Source of the DNA: Sandaracinaceae bacterium
Lineage (GTDB): Bacteria; Myxococcota_A; Polyangia; Polyangiales; Sandaracinaceae
NCBI GenBank assembly: GCA_044220955.1
Contig: JBGAQA010000026.1
Coordinates: 15,125 to 79,124 of the forward strand
Direction: 5' to 3'
Length of the DNA: 64,000 nt
The notes under the pieces were generated by a model. The model did no database searches. It saw only the letters and a program-made list of their open reading frames with translations, and was not told the DNA's origin. Shown here piece by piece: positions 18,381 to 27,392 of this stretch. Made by a program: the position numbers and the translations under genes. Position 1 is the stretch's first letter, and every line of letters starts with the position of its first letter.

Positions 18381-19121
18381 ATGCGCAGACGAGTCGGGAT
18401 CGTAGTCGGGATCGTGCTGCTCGCGGCCACCGGGTGCGCCGAGTCCCACGGCGTGCCCGGGGCGGACGCGGGCGGGCTCGGCGACGACGGCGGGCGGCCC
18501 GTTCCCGTGTGTCGCCCAGGCGACTCGCCGCCGTACACCTCCTACTGCGTGTACGTCGGCGCGGACCACGTCTGCGGCGACGCGGCGCTCTCGCCGACCT
18601 GCGTGGACGGCGCCTGGGCCTGCCCGGCGGGCACGGGCCCGGCCAGCCTCTGCTGGTGCTCCGGCTTCGGCCCGCACGATCCCGCCTGCGTGTGCACGCC
18701 GAGCGGGTGGTCGTGCCCGACCGAACCGGCCGACGCCGGCCCGCCGACGCCGGCGTGCCCCGCCGATCCCGCGGCCGCCGTCGGCTCGCCGTGCACGGTC
18801 GAGGGACAGTCGTGCGGCTCGTGCCCGAGCCCGTGCAGCGGCTCCTGCAACATGGCCACGTGCATCGATCACACCTGGCAGACCCTCGACTTCGGCTGCG
18901 CCGACCCGCTCTTCTCGTGCGGTCCCGCCGCGTACTGCGCTCGCTTCTCCGAGGTCTGCGAGCACATCCTCTCGGACGTCGGCGGCGTACCCGACGAGTA
19001 CCGCTGCGAGGCCGCACCCCCGGGCTGCTCGGGCGACTGCACCTGCTTCGGCGGCGGTCCCACCGATGCGTGCGCGAGCGACGGAGCGGGCGGCGTGACG
19101 GTGACGTCCGGCGGCGGCTGA
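18381..19121 (+). CDS. Cys-rich lipoprotein
   Basis: ATGC lipobox, many paired Cys, DAG linkers. Confidence 0.7.
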   Translation: MRRRVGIVVGIVLLAATGCAESHGVPGADAGGLGDDGGRPVPVCRPGDSPPYTSYCVYVGADHVCGDAALSPTCVDGAWACPAGTGPASLCWCSGFGPHDPACVCTPSGWSCPTEPADAGPPTPACPADPAAAVGSPCTVEGQSCGSCPSPCSGSCNMATCIDHTWQTLDFGCADPLFSCGPAAYCARFSEVCEHILSDVGGVPDEYRCEAAPPGCSGDCTCFGGGPTDACASDGAGGVTVTSGGG

Positions 19122-19152
19122 AGCGCGCGCCGCGCGGAGCCAAGCGACCGAC

Positions 19153-20196
19153 TCACGCGCGCGTGACGATCTTGCCGCGCCGCAGGTCGGGCGCGCGCGA
19201 GTACGGCGCCATCGACGCGTCGTCGCGGCGTCCCTTCGCGAGCAGGAGCGCGCCCGCGTGCGCGATCATCGCGGCGTTGTCGGTACACGAGGCGAGCGGC
19301 GGGACGAAGAGGTCGATGCCGCGCTGCCCGCAGAGCTCCGCCGCGCGCGCGCGCAGGCCTCGGTTGGCTGCGACGCCGCCCGCGAGCACGAGGCGCGGCA
19401 CCCCGCGCAGACGACAGGCGCGCAGCGCGCGCGAGGCGAGCGCCTCGACCACGCGCTCCTGGAACGCGGCGCAGGTGTCCGCGAGCGCCTCGGGCGTGCC
19501 GGGGATCCCCTCGAGCTCCACGCGCCGCGCGAGCGCCGTCTTGAGGCCGGAGAAGCTCAGATCGAGCGAGTCCTTGCGCGCGGCCATCGGCACCGGCAGC
19601 GCGACGCGACGCGGATCACCCTGCGCGGCAAGCCGATCGACGATCGGGCCGCCGGGATAGCCCAGCCCGAGGAGCTTGCCCGCCTTGTCGAAGGCCTCCC
19701 CCGCCGCGTCGTCGCGCGTCTGGCCGAGCAGCTCGACCGCGTCGACGTCGCGGACCTCGTAGATCGCGCTGTGTCCGCCGCTCGCGAGCAGGCCGATGAA
19801 CGGACGCTCGGGTGGCGTGGACGGTGCGTCGCCGCGCACGAGGTCCACGGCGAAGAGGTGCGCGACGAGGTGGTCGACGCCGACGAGCGGCAGATCGCGC
19901 GACCAGGCGATCGCCTTCGCCGCCGACATGCCGACGAGGAGCGCCCCGACGAGGCCCGGGCCGCGCGTGACGGCGATCGCGTCGATCGTGGAGAGCCCGC
20001 CGGCCTCGGCGAGCGCGGTCTCGATCACGGGAACGATGCTCGTGAGGTGCGCGCGCGAGGCGAGCTCGGGCACGACACCGCCGTACGGCGCGTGCAGCGC
20101 GATCTGGCTCGCGACCACGTCGGAGACGACGCGCCCGTCCTCGACGACGGCCGCCGCCGTCTCGTCGCACGAGGACTCGATCCCGAGGACGCGCAT
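19153..20196 (-). CDS. tsaD: tRNA N6-adenosine threonylcarbamoyltransferase
   Basis: GIESSCDET, GGVVPELASR, HLVAH, SGGH, DDAAGEAFDK, SFSGLKT, TDNAAMIA. Confidence 0.97.
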   Translation of the reverse strand: MRVLGIESSCDETAAAVVEDGRVVSDVVASQIALHAPYGGVVPELASRAHLTSIVPVIETALAEAGGLSTIDAIAVTRGPGLVGALLVGMSAAKAIAWSRDLPLVGVDHLVAHLFAVDLVRGDAPSTPPERPFIGLLASGGHSAIYEVRDVDAVELLGQTRDDAAGEAFDKAGKLLGLGYPGGPIVDRLAAQGDPRRVALPVPMAARKDSLDLSFSGLKTALARRVELEGIPGTPEALADTCAAFQERVVEALASRALRACRLRGVPRLVLAGGVAANRGLRARAAELCGQRGIDLFVPPLASCTDNAAMIAHAGALLLAKGRRDDASMAPYSRAPDLRRGKIVTRA

Positions 20197-20213
20197 CCAC
20201 GTCTTCTAGCGCG

Positions 20214-20378
20214 TCGCTCTCGCCCTCGCTCTCGCTCGCTCTCGCCCTCGCCCTCGCCCTCGCCCTCGCTCTCGCCCTCGCCCTCGCCCTCGCCCTCGCC
20301 CTCGCCCTCGCTCTCGCCCTCGCTCTCGCTCTCGCCCTCGCCCTCGCCCTCGCTCTCGCTCTCGCCCCCGTTCTCGCT
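20214..20378. repeat. Hexanucleotide simple repeat (CTCGCY)n, about 24 units, intergenic
   Basis: Mixed CTCGCC/CTCGCT units read directly. Confidence 0.97.
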
Positions 20379-20427
20379 CACCCCCGCTTGACAGCCCCGC
20401 TCCCCGCCCGCTACGCGCAGTGCCGTC

Positions 20428-21555
20428 ATGACCTCTCCGGAAGAACGCGCGGCGCAGCGCATCGTCGACGGAACCGCCTGGAACGATCTGCTCGATCGGC
20501 TCCGCGACGCCGGGAAGATCGTCCAGACGGGCCCGGCCGATCCGCTCACGCGCGCCGAGGGATACCGCTACCTCTCGCGCCTCTTGCGCGCGGGGCTCGA
20601 GGCGTTCGTCGAGCACGCCGATCCGCTCGCGCCCGTGCTCCGTCGCCCGGTGCACGAAACCATCAAGATGGGCGCCGACAACCCGGACAACCACTACTTC
20701 CACGCCTCGATCTCGGGCGCCTACGAGTACGTGATCCGCGGGCGCCGCAACACCGTCCACTACCTGCAGCTCGCGACGCTCGTCGGGCACTACGGGCAGT
20801 CGCGCGGCATGCCGCCGGCGGGCAACCTCGACGCGTTGGATCTGGTGCTCGACGCGGACGGCCGCTTCGAGATCGTGCTCTCCCTCGAGCGGCCTGCGGG
20901 CGCGAAGAATTGGCTCCGCACGTCGACCGACACCGGCTCGCTCATCGTCCGGCAGAGCCGCCTGGACCCGGCGACGGAGACGCTCGCGGAGCTCGCGCTC
21001 GTGCGCACGAGCGGCCCCGGGAAGCACGACCAGGCGCTCACGCCGCTGAAGCTCGCGGATGGCTTCCAGAACGCGGGCATGCTCGTGTTCGGAGCGTCGA
21101 TGATGTTCGCGATGTGGGCGGACGGGTTCAAGGACAAGCACGTGAACCAGCTGCCGCGCTTCGATCAGGCGCTCTCCGACGCGATGGGCGGCGTGCCCGA
21201 CATCGCCTACTACCACTCGTACTGGCGGCTCGCGGACGACGAGGCGCTGGTGATCGACGCGACACCGCCGCGCTGCGACCACTGGAACTTCCAGCTCGAG
21301 AACCACTGGATGGAGTCGCTCGACTACCACCTGCACCGCATCCACACGAACAGCAAGCTCGCGACGGCGCGTGCGGACGGAAGCGTCCGCGTCGTGGTCG
21401 CGGCGCGCGATCCGGGCGTGCCGAACTGGATCGAGACGGCCGGGCACGCGTTCGGCGCCATGTGCTGGCGCTGGGTCCGCCCCGAGAGCATGGCCGACGC
21501 GCCCGTGCCGCGGACGCGCGTCGTGAAGGTGACCGACGTGCGAGGCCTCGCGTGA
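20428..21555 (+). CDS. DUF1214-domain protein
   Basis: EGYRYL, GADNPDN, WNFQL.NHW.ESLDY, DPGVPNW.ETAGH; TTGACA at 20388 upstream. Confidence 0.8.
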   Translation: MTSPEERAAQRIVDGTAWNDLLDRLRDAGKIVQTGPADPLTRAEGYRYLSRLLRAGLEAFVEHADPLAPVLRRPVHETIKMGADNPDNHYFHASISGAYEYVIRGRRNTVHYLQLATLVGHYGQSRGMPPAGNLDALDLVLDADGRFEIVLSLERPAGAKNWLRTSTDTGSLIVRQSRLDPATETLAELALVRTSGPGKHDQALTPLKLADGFQNAGMLVFGASMMFAMWADGFKDKHVNQLPRFDQALSDAMGGVPDIAYYHSYWRLADDEALVIDATPPRCDHWNFQLENHWMESLDYHLHRIHTNSKLATARADGSVRVVVAARDPGVPNWIETAGHAFGAMCWRWVRPESMADAPVPRTRVVKVTDVRGLA

Positions 21556-22808
21556 AGGCGCCGCGCCAGACCTCGACGCGCTACGAGCGCCCCCATCGCC
21601 CGCTGCCCGTGCGGCTGCTCAACGGCGTGCTCGGCCTCACCTCGCGCTTCGCGAGCCGCGGCGCCTCGCTCGACCCCGCGTCGCTGATGGCCGCGGCGGA
21701 AGAAGCGACCGGCCTGCTCGACTTCGGCGATCCCTCGTTCCGCGAGCCGCTCGGGGTGCTCGTCGACGCGATCGAGAAGGAGGCGAACCTGCACCCGCTC
21801 GGCCGCGTCATCACGCGCACGCGCCTGATCTCGACGCTCGCGAACCGCGCGCGCATCGAGGAGCAGTACCGGCGGCACCCGGAGATCGCGGACGAGAGCG
21901 TGTCGCGGCCGATCGTGATCGCGGGGCTGCAGCGCACCGGGACGACGCTCCTGCACCGGATGCTGGCGAGCGACAGGCGGCTACGCGCGCTCGCGTCGTG
22001 GGAGGCGATCTCGCCCGCGCCGCTCGACCCGGGCGGCGGGCCTGACGCGCGCGAGGCCCGCGCCAACCAGAGCGAGATCGCGCTCGGATACCTGGCCCCC
22101 GACTTCTTCGCGATCCACCCGGTCGAGGCGAGCGCGCCCGAGGAAGACGTGCTCCTGCTCGACCTCTCGCTCCGCAGCACGGTCGCGGAGGCGACGCTGC
22201 GCGTTCCGACGTTCTCGCGCTGGCTGGAGCAGCAGGATCAGACGCCGGCGTACCGCGCGCTCGAGCGCGCGATGAAGCTGCTGCTCTTCCAGCGGCGCCC
22301 GTCCAAGAACGCGCGCTGGGTCCTGAAGACGCCGCACCACCTCGAGTGGCTCGACGTGCTCTTCTCGGTGTTCCCGGACGCGACGGTGGTGTGGACGCAC
22401 CGCGAGCCGCGCGAGACGGTCCCGTCGTTCTGCAGCATGGTCGCGCACGGCCGCGGCGTGTTCAGCGATCACGTCGATCCGCGCGAGGTGGGCGCGCACT
22501 GGTCGAGGAAGATCGAGCGCATGGTCGAGCGGGGGATGGCCGCGCGCGAGGCGGCGGGAGAGCGCCACTTCGTGGACGTTCGCTACGAGGATCTCGTGCG
22601 GGATCCGATCGCGCAGGCGCGGCGGGTGTACGCCGCTGCGGAGCTGCCCTTCGAGCGCGAGACCCAGGACGCGATGAAGGACCTGCTCAAGAAGCAGCAG
22701 AAGGATCGCTTCGGCCACCACGTGTACCGCGCAGAGGACTTCGGCCTCACGAGCGAGGGCATCGACGCCTCGCTCGCGGGCTACCGCGCGAGGTTCCTCG
22801 GGAGATGA
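21552..22808 (+). CDS. Sulfotransferase family protein
   Basis: PAPS loop GLQRTGTTLLH, WVLKTPHH, HREP, YEDL; GTGA overlap with the upstream gene. Confidence 0.9.
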   Translation: MKAPRQTSTRYERPHRPLPVRLLNGVLGLTSRFASRGASLDPASLMAAAEEATGLLDFGDPSFREPLGVLVDAIEKEANLHPLGRVITRTRLISTLANRARIEEQYRRHPEIADESVSRPIVIAGLQRTGTTLLHRMLASDRRLRALASWEAISPAPLDPGGGPDAREARANQSEIALGYLAPDFFAIHPVEASAPEEDVLLLDLSLRSTVAEATLRVPTFSRWLEQQDQTPAYRALERAMKLLLFQRRPSKNARWVLKTPHHLEWLDVLFSVFPDATVVWTHREPRETVPSFCSMVAHGRGVFSDHVDPREVGAHWSRKIERMVERGMAAREAAGERHFVDVRYEDLVRDPIAQARRVYAAAELPFERETQDAMKDLLKKQQKDRFGHHVYRAEDFGLTSEGIDASLAGYRARFLGR

Positions 22809-22902
22809 GCGGCCTCGACCGCTCTCGCGACGGCCTCGCGCGACAATTCGTGTGCTCGGCGGGGAGACGTGGCGCCCGCAGGGCGTACGCTCTGACACCA
22901 CC

Positions 22903-23571
22903 ATGACATCTGCCCGCTCCGTCGCGCTGGTCGCGTGTTTCTCGGCCCTCGCGCTCGCCGCCTGCGAGCGACGGGCCCGCGTCGAGTACGTCGACGTGCA
23001 GGTGCCCGTGCAGACGAGCGGCAGCCAGACGGTGCAGCCACCGCCACCGCCCGTCACGCCGCCGCCGCCCGCCCAGGCCACGTTCCAGATCGAGCTGCAG
23101 GCGGGCGTCACCTCGCTGGGAGTGCAGTGCACGCCGGGCGTGGCGGAGTCGTGCAACGGCCTCGACGACAACTGCGACGGGCGCATCGACGAGGGCTGCG
23201 GATGGCAGACCGGCGCCATCCAGATCACCCTCGCCTGGCAGACCGGCGCGGACATCGACCTCTACGTGCGTGACCCCTCGGGCTTCGAGATCAGCTACCA
23301 GAACCGGCAGTCGCCGACGGGCGGGATCCTCGACCACGACGCGCGCGGCGCCTGCGTCCCCGGCGGCGACACCATCGAGAACGTGTACTGGTCCACCCCG
23401 CAGCCTCCGCGCGGCCGCTACGACATCGCGCTGCACTACTGGGGCGACTGCGGCGTCGCGGGGCCGACGCCAGCGCAGGTCTCCATCTCCGTCGGCGGGC
23501 AGATCGTGGGCGTCTACAACGTCGTCCTGACGCCCGGTGAGCGCCTGCCGATCGCGACCCTGCCCATCTGA
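22903..23571 (+). CDS. Lipoprotein with ESCNGLDDNCDG metal-binding motif and YfaP/DUF2135-like domain
   Basis: LAAC lipobox, CNGLDDNCDGRIDEG, ITLAW..ADIDLYV.DP. Confidence 0.75.
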   Translation: MTSARSVALVACFSALALAACERRARVEYVDVQVPVQTSGSQTVQPPPPPVTPPPPAQATFQIELQAGVTSLGVQCTPGVAESCNGLDDNCDGRIDEGCGWQTGAIQITLAWQTGADIDLYVRDPSGFEISYQNRQSPTGGILDHDARGACVPGGDTIENVYWSTPQPPRGRYDIALHYWGDCGVAGPTPAQVSISVGGQIVGVYNVVLTPGERLPIATLPI

Positions 23572-23609
23572 CGACGGCGCGCCGCGCGCCGCCCGGGTAG
23601 GATGCGGCG

Positions 23610-24956
23610 ATGCCTCCCCGACCCTTCGTCGCGCCCGCCGGACTCGATGCGCTCGGGCACCTGCCGGGTGAGCGTGGCTGGCCGATGCTCGGTCACGCGG
23701 TCGAGTTCCTCCGCGATCCCCGCGGCCTCACGCACCGCATGCACGCGGCGCACGGCAAGTGCTACCGCACGGGGTTCCTCGGCATCGTCGCGGTCGTCCT
23801 GCTCGGAGAGGACGCGCTCGAGCTCGTCCTGCGCGACCGCGAGCAGGTGTTCTCGAGCGAGCGCGGCTGGAGCTTCAGCCTCGGGCGCCTCTTCCCGAAC
23901 GGGCTGATGCTGCGCGACTTCGACGAGCACCGGCTGCACCGACGCATCATGCAGACGGCGTTCCGCAGGGGCGCGCTGAGCGCGTACACGGACGCGATGA
24001 GCGCGCGCTTCGCCGAGGCGCTGCCGCGCTGGGGGAACGTCGAGGACTTCCGCTTCTATCCGGCCATCAAGAAGCTCACGCTCGACAACGCCGCGGCGAT
24101 CTTCCTCGGGGCGGAGCTGGGCGACGAGGCGGAGGCCGTCAACCGCGCGTTCGTCGACACCATCGTCGCCTCGCTCGCGCTGGTGCGCGTCCCGGTGCCG
24201 GGCCTCGCGCTGCACCGCGGCCTCGCCGGCCGCGCCTATCTCGAGACCTACCTCCGCCAGCGCATCGCCGCGCGACGCGCCTCGCCCGGTACCGACATGT
24301 TCAGTCAGCTCTGCCAGGCGACCGACGACGGCGGCCGCGCGTTCTCCGACGACGAGGTCGTCGACCACGTGATCTTCCTCTTGATGGCCGCGCACGACAC
24401 CGTGACGAGCGCCCTCACGACGACCGTCTACCAGCTGGCGGCGAGCCCCGTCTGGCAGGAGCGCCTGCGCGAGGACAGCCGCGCCAGAAGCGAGGTGCTC
24501 GCGCTCGATGCGCTCGACACGCTCGAGCTGCACGAGCGCGTCTTCGACGAGTCGCTGCGCCTCGAGACGCCCGTCCCCTACATCCCGCGCCGCACGCTGC
24601 GCGAGGTCGAGTTCGCCGGGCAGCGGCTCCCGCCGAACACGCACGTCACCGTGGTCCCGGACTTCACGCACCACGACGGGCGCTTCTTCACCGAGCCGGA
24701 GCGCTTCGATCCCGATCGCTTCGGCCCCGAGCGCGCGGAGCACAAGCGACATCCGTACGCCTTCGTCCCGTTCGGCGGAGGCGCGCACCTCTGCATCGGC
24801 CGCCAGTTCTCGCTCGTCCTGGCGAAGGCCTTCCTCCACCAGCTCGTGCGCCGGTACCGGTTCCGTCTGCCGGCGGGGCGCAAGCACGAGATGCAGCAGG
24901 TCCCCATCCCGAAGCCGCGCGACGGGCTCCCGCTCCAGCTCGAGCGACTCGACTGA
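23610..24956 (+). CDS. Cytochrome P450
   Basis: AAHDT I-helix, ESLR, PERFDP, FGGGAHLCIG heme motif. Confidence 0.96.
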   Translation: MPPRPFVAPAGLDALGHLPGERGWPMLGHAVEFLRDPRGLTHRMHAAHGKCYRTGFLGIVAVVLLGEDALELVLRDREQVFSSERGWSFSLGRLFPNGLMLRDFDEHRLHRRIMQTAFRRGALSAYTDAMSARFAEALPRWGNVEDFRFYPAIKKLTLDNAAAIFLGAELGDEAEAVNRAFVDTIVASLALVRVPVPGLALHRGLAGRAYLETYLRQRIAARRASPGTDMFSQLCQATDDGGRAFSDDEVVDHVIFLLMAAHDTVTSALTTTVYQLAASPVWQERLREDSRARSEVLALDALDTLELHERVFDESLRLETPVPYIPRRTLREVEFAGQRLPPNTHVTVVPDFTHHDGRFFTEPERFDPDRFGPERAEHKRHPYAFVPFGGGAHLCIGRQFSLVLAKAFLHQLVRRYRFRLPAGRKHEMQQVPIPKPRDGLPLQLERLD

Positions 24957-25030
24957 TCGATCGGTGACAGGGGCACGCACGCTTCGCGATCGGCGTTCAC
25001 GGGGAGCGAGGGCTGCGTTAGGGTCGTGCC

Positions 25031-26008
25031 GTGGGGACGCGTCACGTCGCGCTGGCTGCGCTCGCCGTGCTCTGGCTCGCCTGCCAGAGCGGCGCGGCGA
25101 TCGGCACGACGTGCGCGCGCACGAGCGAGTGCGCCTCACCGCTGGTCTGCCGCCTCGGGCGTTGCCGGACCGAGTGCGTCACCGGGCGCGACTGTCCGGC
25201 AGGCCAAGCCTGTCTGATCGGGGCCGACGGCCTCGGTGCCTGCGAGCTGCCGACGATCGACGTGTGCTCGGTGTCCTGCGACGCCCCGCTGATCTGCGCG
25301 TCGGGGCACTGCCGCGTCGAGTGCACGAGCGAGAGCGACTGTCCGGGCGGCCACGTCTGCACGAGCAACGCTTGCCAGCGCGCAGACCCCGCGAGCGACG
25401 CCGGCACGAGCGATGCGGGACCGAGCGACGCCGGTCTGGTCTGCGACCCCGTCGCCGAGACCGGGTGCGGCGCCGGTCGCTGCAGCGTCGGCACGGGCGT
25501 CCCGGCGTGCGTCGCGACGATCGGCCCCGGAGCGCTCGCGGCTCCGTGCACCGACGACGCCGAGTGCGGCAGCGGGCTCTCGTGCCAGGGCGATCGCTGC
25601 GTCCGGGTCTGCTTCGTGGCCGACACGAGCTTCTGCGGCCCCGACCTCGCGTGCTCGCCCGACAGCGTCCACGGGCAGGTCTTCCTCCACTCCGAGAACG
25701 GCATCGGCCTCTGCTCGGAGGCGTGCGACATGCTCACGAGCGACGGGTGCCCGAGCGACGCGTGGTGCGGGCTCGGCACCGACTCGGCCGGCCACGACTT
25801 CACGTGGTGTCGCGACGTGGGCGCGGCGGGCACAGGGCAGAGTTGCCGTGGCCAGTACGACTGCGCCGCGGGGCTCTTCTGCCACGCCAACACGACGTGC
25901 CGGCGCATCTGCGACCCGGGCGACCCGAGCGCGACGTGCCCGACTGGCACGTGCGAGCAGGTGACGCACTTCGTGGCGCGCCCCGACGTCGGGGCCTGCC
26001 TTCCCTGA
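25031..26008 (+). CDS. Cys-rich repeat lipoprotein
   Basis: WLAC lipobox; repeated C-x4-DC-x4-C modules; SDAG x3 linker. Confidence 0.75.
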   Translation: MGTRHVALAALAVLWLACQSGAAIGTTCARTSECASPLVCRLGRCRTECVTGRDCPAGQACLIGADGLGACELPTIDVCSVSCDAPLICASGHCRVECTSESDCPGGHVCTSNACQRADPASDAGTSDAGPSDAGLVCDPVAETGCGAGRCSVGTGVPACVATIGPGALAAPCTDDAECGSGLSCQGDRCVRVCFVADTSFCGPDLACSPDSVHGQVFLHSENGIGLCSEACDMLTSDGCPSDAWCGLGTDSAGHDFTWCRDVGAAGTGQSCRGQYDCAAGLFCHANTTCRRICDPGDPSATCPTGTCEQVTHFVARPDVGACLP

Positions 26009-26113
26009 GCAGCGGCGTCCCGAACTGCTCGGCTCGCCCCTCCGGTCCCTCCCCTCCGCGCGCTGGTCGCGCGCTCCCGTCCGGGCCCTGCGTGGCCAGC
26101 ACTCCTGTCGTGA

Positions 26114-26749
26114 TCAGCGCTCGAACGCCTCGTCCCGATCCGGCAGCGGGGCTGGCCGGTACGTCGCGGCGAACGTGGCCATCATCTCGTCGAAGGGCAG
26201 ATCGAGGTAGAGGCCCCGGTCGCGCTCGTACTCCATGTACCGGTGACCGCTTCCGTCGTACGCGTGCATGAGCGCGTCGGCCGTGCCGTCGAACTCGAGC
26301 GGCGGCACACCGAAGCGCGCGCAGAGCTCCGCGTTGAACGCGGGGCTCGCCTTGTGGACGGCGCCGTCGATCTCGAGCGCGACGTAGCCGTGGAAGACGA
26401 AGAGGTCGGTGCCCATCACGGCGCGCAGCTTCTCGCTCGCGAGGTGGTTGCGGACGTCGGCGAAGCCGAGCCACGCGGGGATCCCCGCCGCCCGCGCCGC
26501 CGCGCAGAGCGCGACCGCCTTCGGCACGCAGTAGCCGCGCGGGCGCGAGAGCACCGTGCTCGCGACGTAGTCCTCTGGGGCTGGCCCGAGGGAGTAGGGG
26601 TCGTAGCGGATGCGATCGCGCACGGCGCGGAAGAGCCTGGCCGCGCGCTCGCTCGGGCTGGACGCGCCCGCACACACGTCGCCGGCGAAGGCGATCACGG
26701 TGGGATGATCGGAGTCGACGAAGCGCGTCGGGGCGAGCGCCGGGTGCAC
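26114..26749 (-). CDS. Transglutaminase-like family protein
   Basis: VRDRIRYDPY, GYCVPKA, VRNHL, HGY. Confidence 0.85.
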   Translation of the reverse strand: MHPALAPTRFVDSDHPTVIAFAGDVCAGASSPSERAARLFRAVRDRIRYDPYSLGPAPEDYVASTVLSRPRGYCVPKAVALCAAARAAGIPAWLGFADVRNHLASEKLRAVMGTDLFVFHGYVALEIDGAVHKASPAFNAELCARFGVPPLEFDGTADALMHAYDGSGHRYMEYERDRGLYLDLPFDEMMATFAATYRPAPLPDRDEAFER

Positions 26750-26801
26750 GAGCGCAGCGTGGACCAGGGCCGGCGGGTGCGCACTCGCTCATACTCGACC
26801 C

Positions 26802-27392
26802 GTGCAGCGTGGGGTGATTCGCTGGCTGCCGCTCCTCACGCTCTGCGCCGTGGCCTCGGCGCTCGCGCAGGACGTCGAGCCGAGCACCCCCCTCGTCGAG
26901 CTCCACGGCGCAGTCTGCGACCCGCCCTTCTTCGGTGCGTGCGCCCCGAGCGGGCGCCCACCGGAGTGCCGCGTGCTCCGGACGGCGACGAGCCCTGACG
27001 CGACGGTCACCGCGGAGATCGTGGCCGACGGAGACCCGATGGACCTGCAGGCGGTCCACCTCGTCGTGCGCCGCGCCGGGCGGACCTGGGCGCGTCGCGA
27101 GATCGGCCACGCCGGAGTCGGCTGCGGCACGTTCGAGATGTACGCGGCCTCGTGCACGATCGAGGAGCTCCGTGTCGCGGACGTGCTCGGGGATCCCGCG
27201 CCGGAGGTCGTCGTCCGCTACCGCGGCGGCGGCCCGGGCTCACCCGCGGCGTTCGACTCGCTGCTGCTCTGCAGCACGGGCGATGCCCCGCGCTGCGTCT
27301 CGCGACCGGTCACGCACGCGCGCCTTCGCTTCCGGCGGCCCGACGTCGTCCTCTCGGGGGGCGAGCGCTACCGGGTCGACCTGGCGCCCTGA
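26802..27392 (+). CDS. Secreted hypothetical protein
   Basis: Sec signal ending ALA-Q; DVLGD.APE FG-GAP-like motif. Confidence 0.6.
   Translation: MQRGVIRWLPLLTLCAVASALAQDVEPSTPLVELHGAVCDPPFFGACAPSGRPPECRVLRTATSPDATVTAEIVADGDPMDLQAVHLVVRRAGRTWARREIGHAGVGCGTFEMYAASCTIEELRVADVLGDPAPEVVVRYRGGGPGSPAAFDSLLLCSTGDAPRCVSRPVTHARLRFRRPDVVLSGGERYRVDLAP

Noticed and set aside
20025..20549. Glu-Gly or Arg-Gly repeat proteins encoded by the hexamer tract
   Set aside because: These ORFs overlap tsaD and the DUF1214 gene and lack credible starts; tract treated as non-coding
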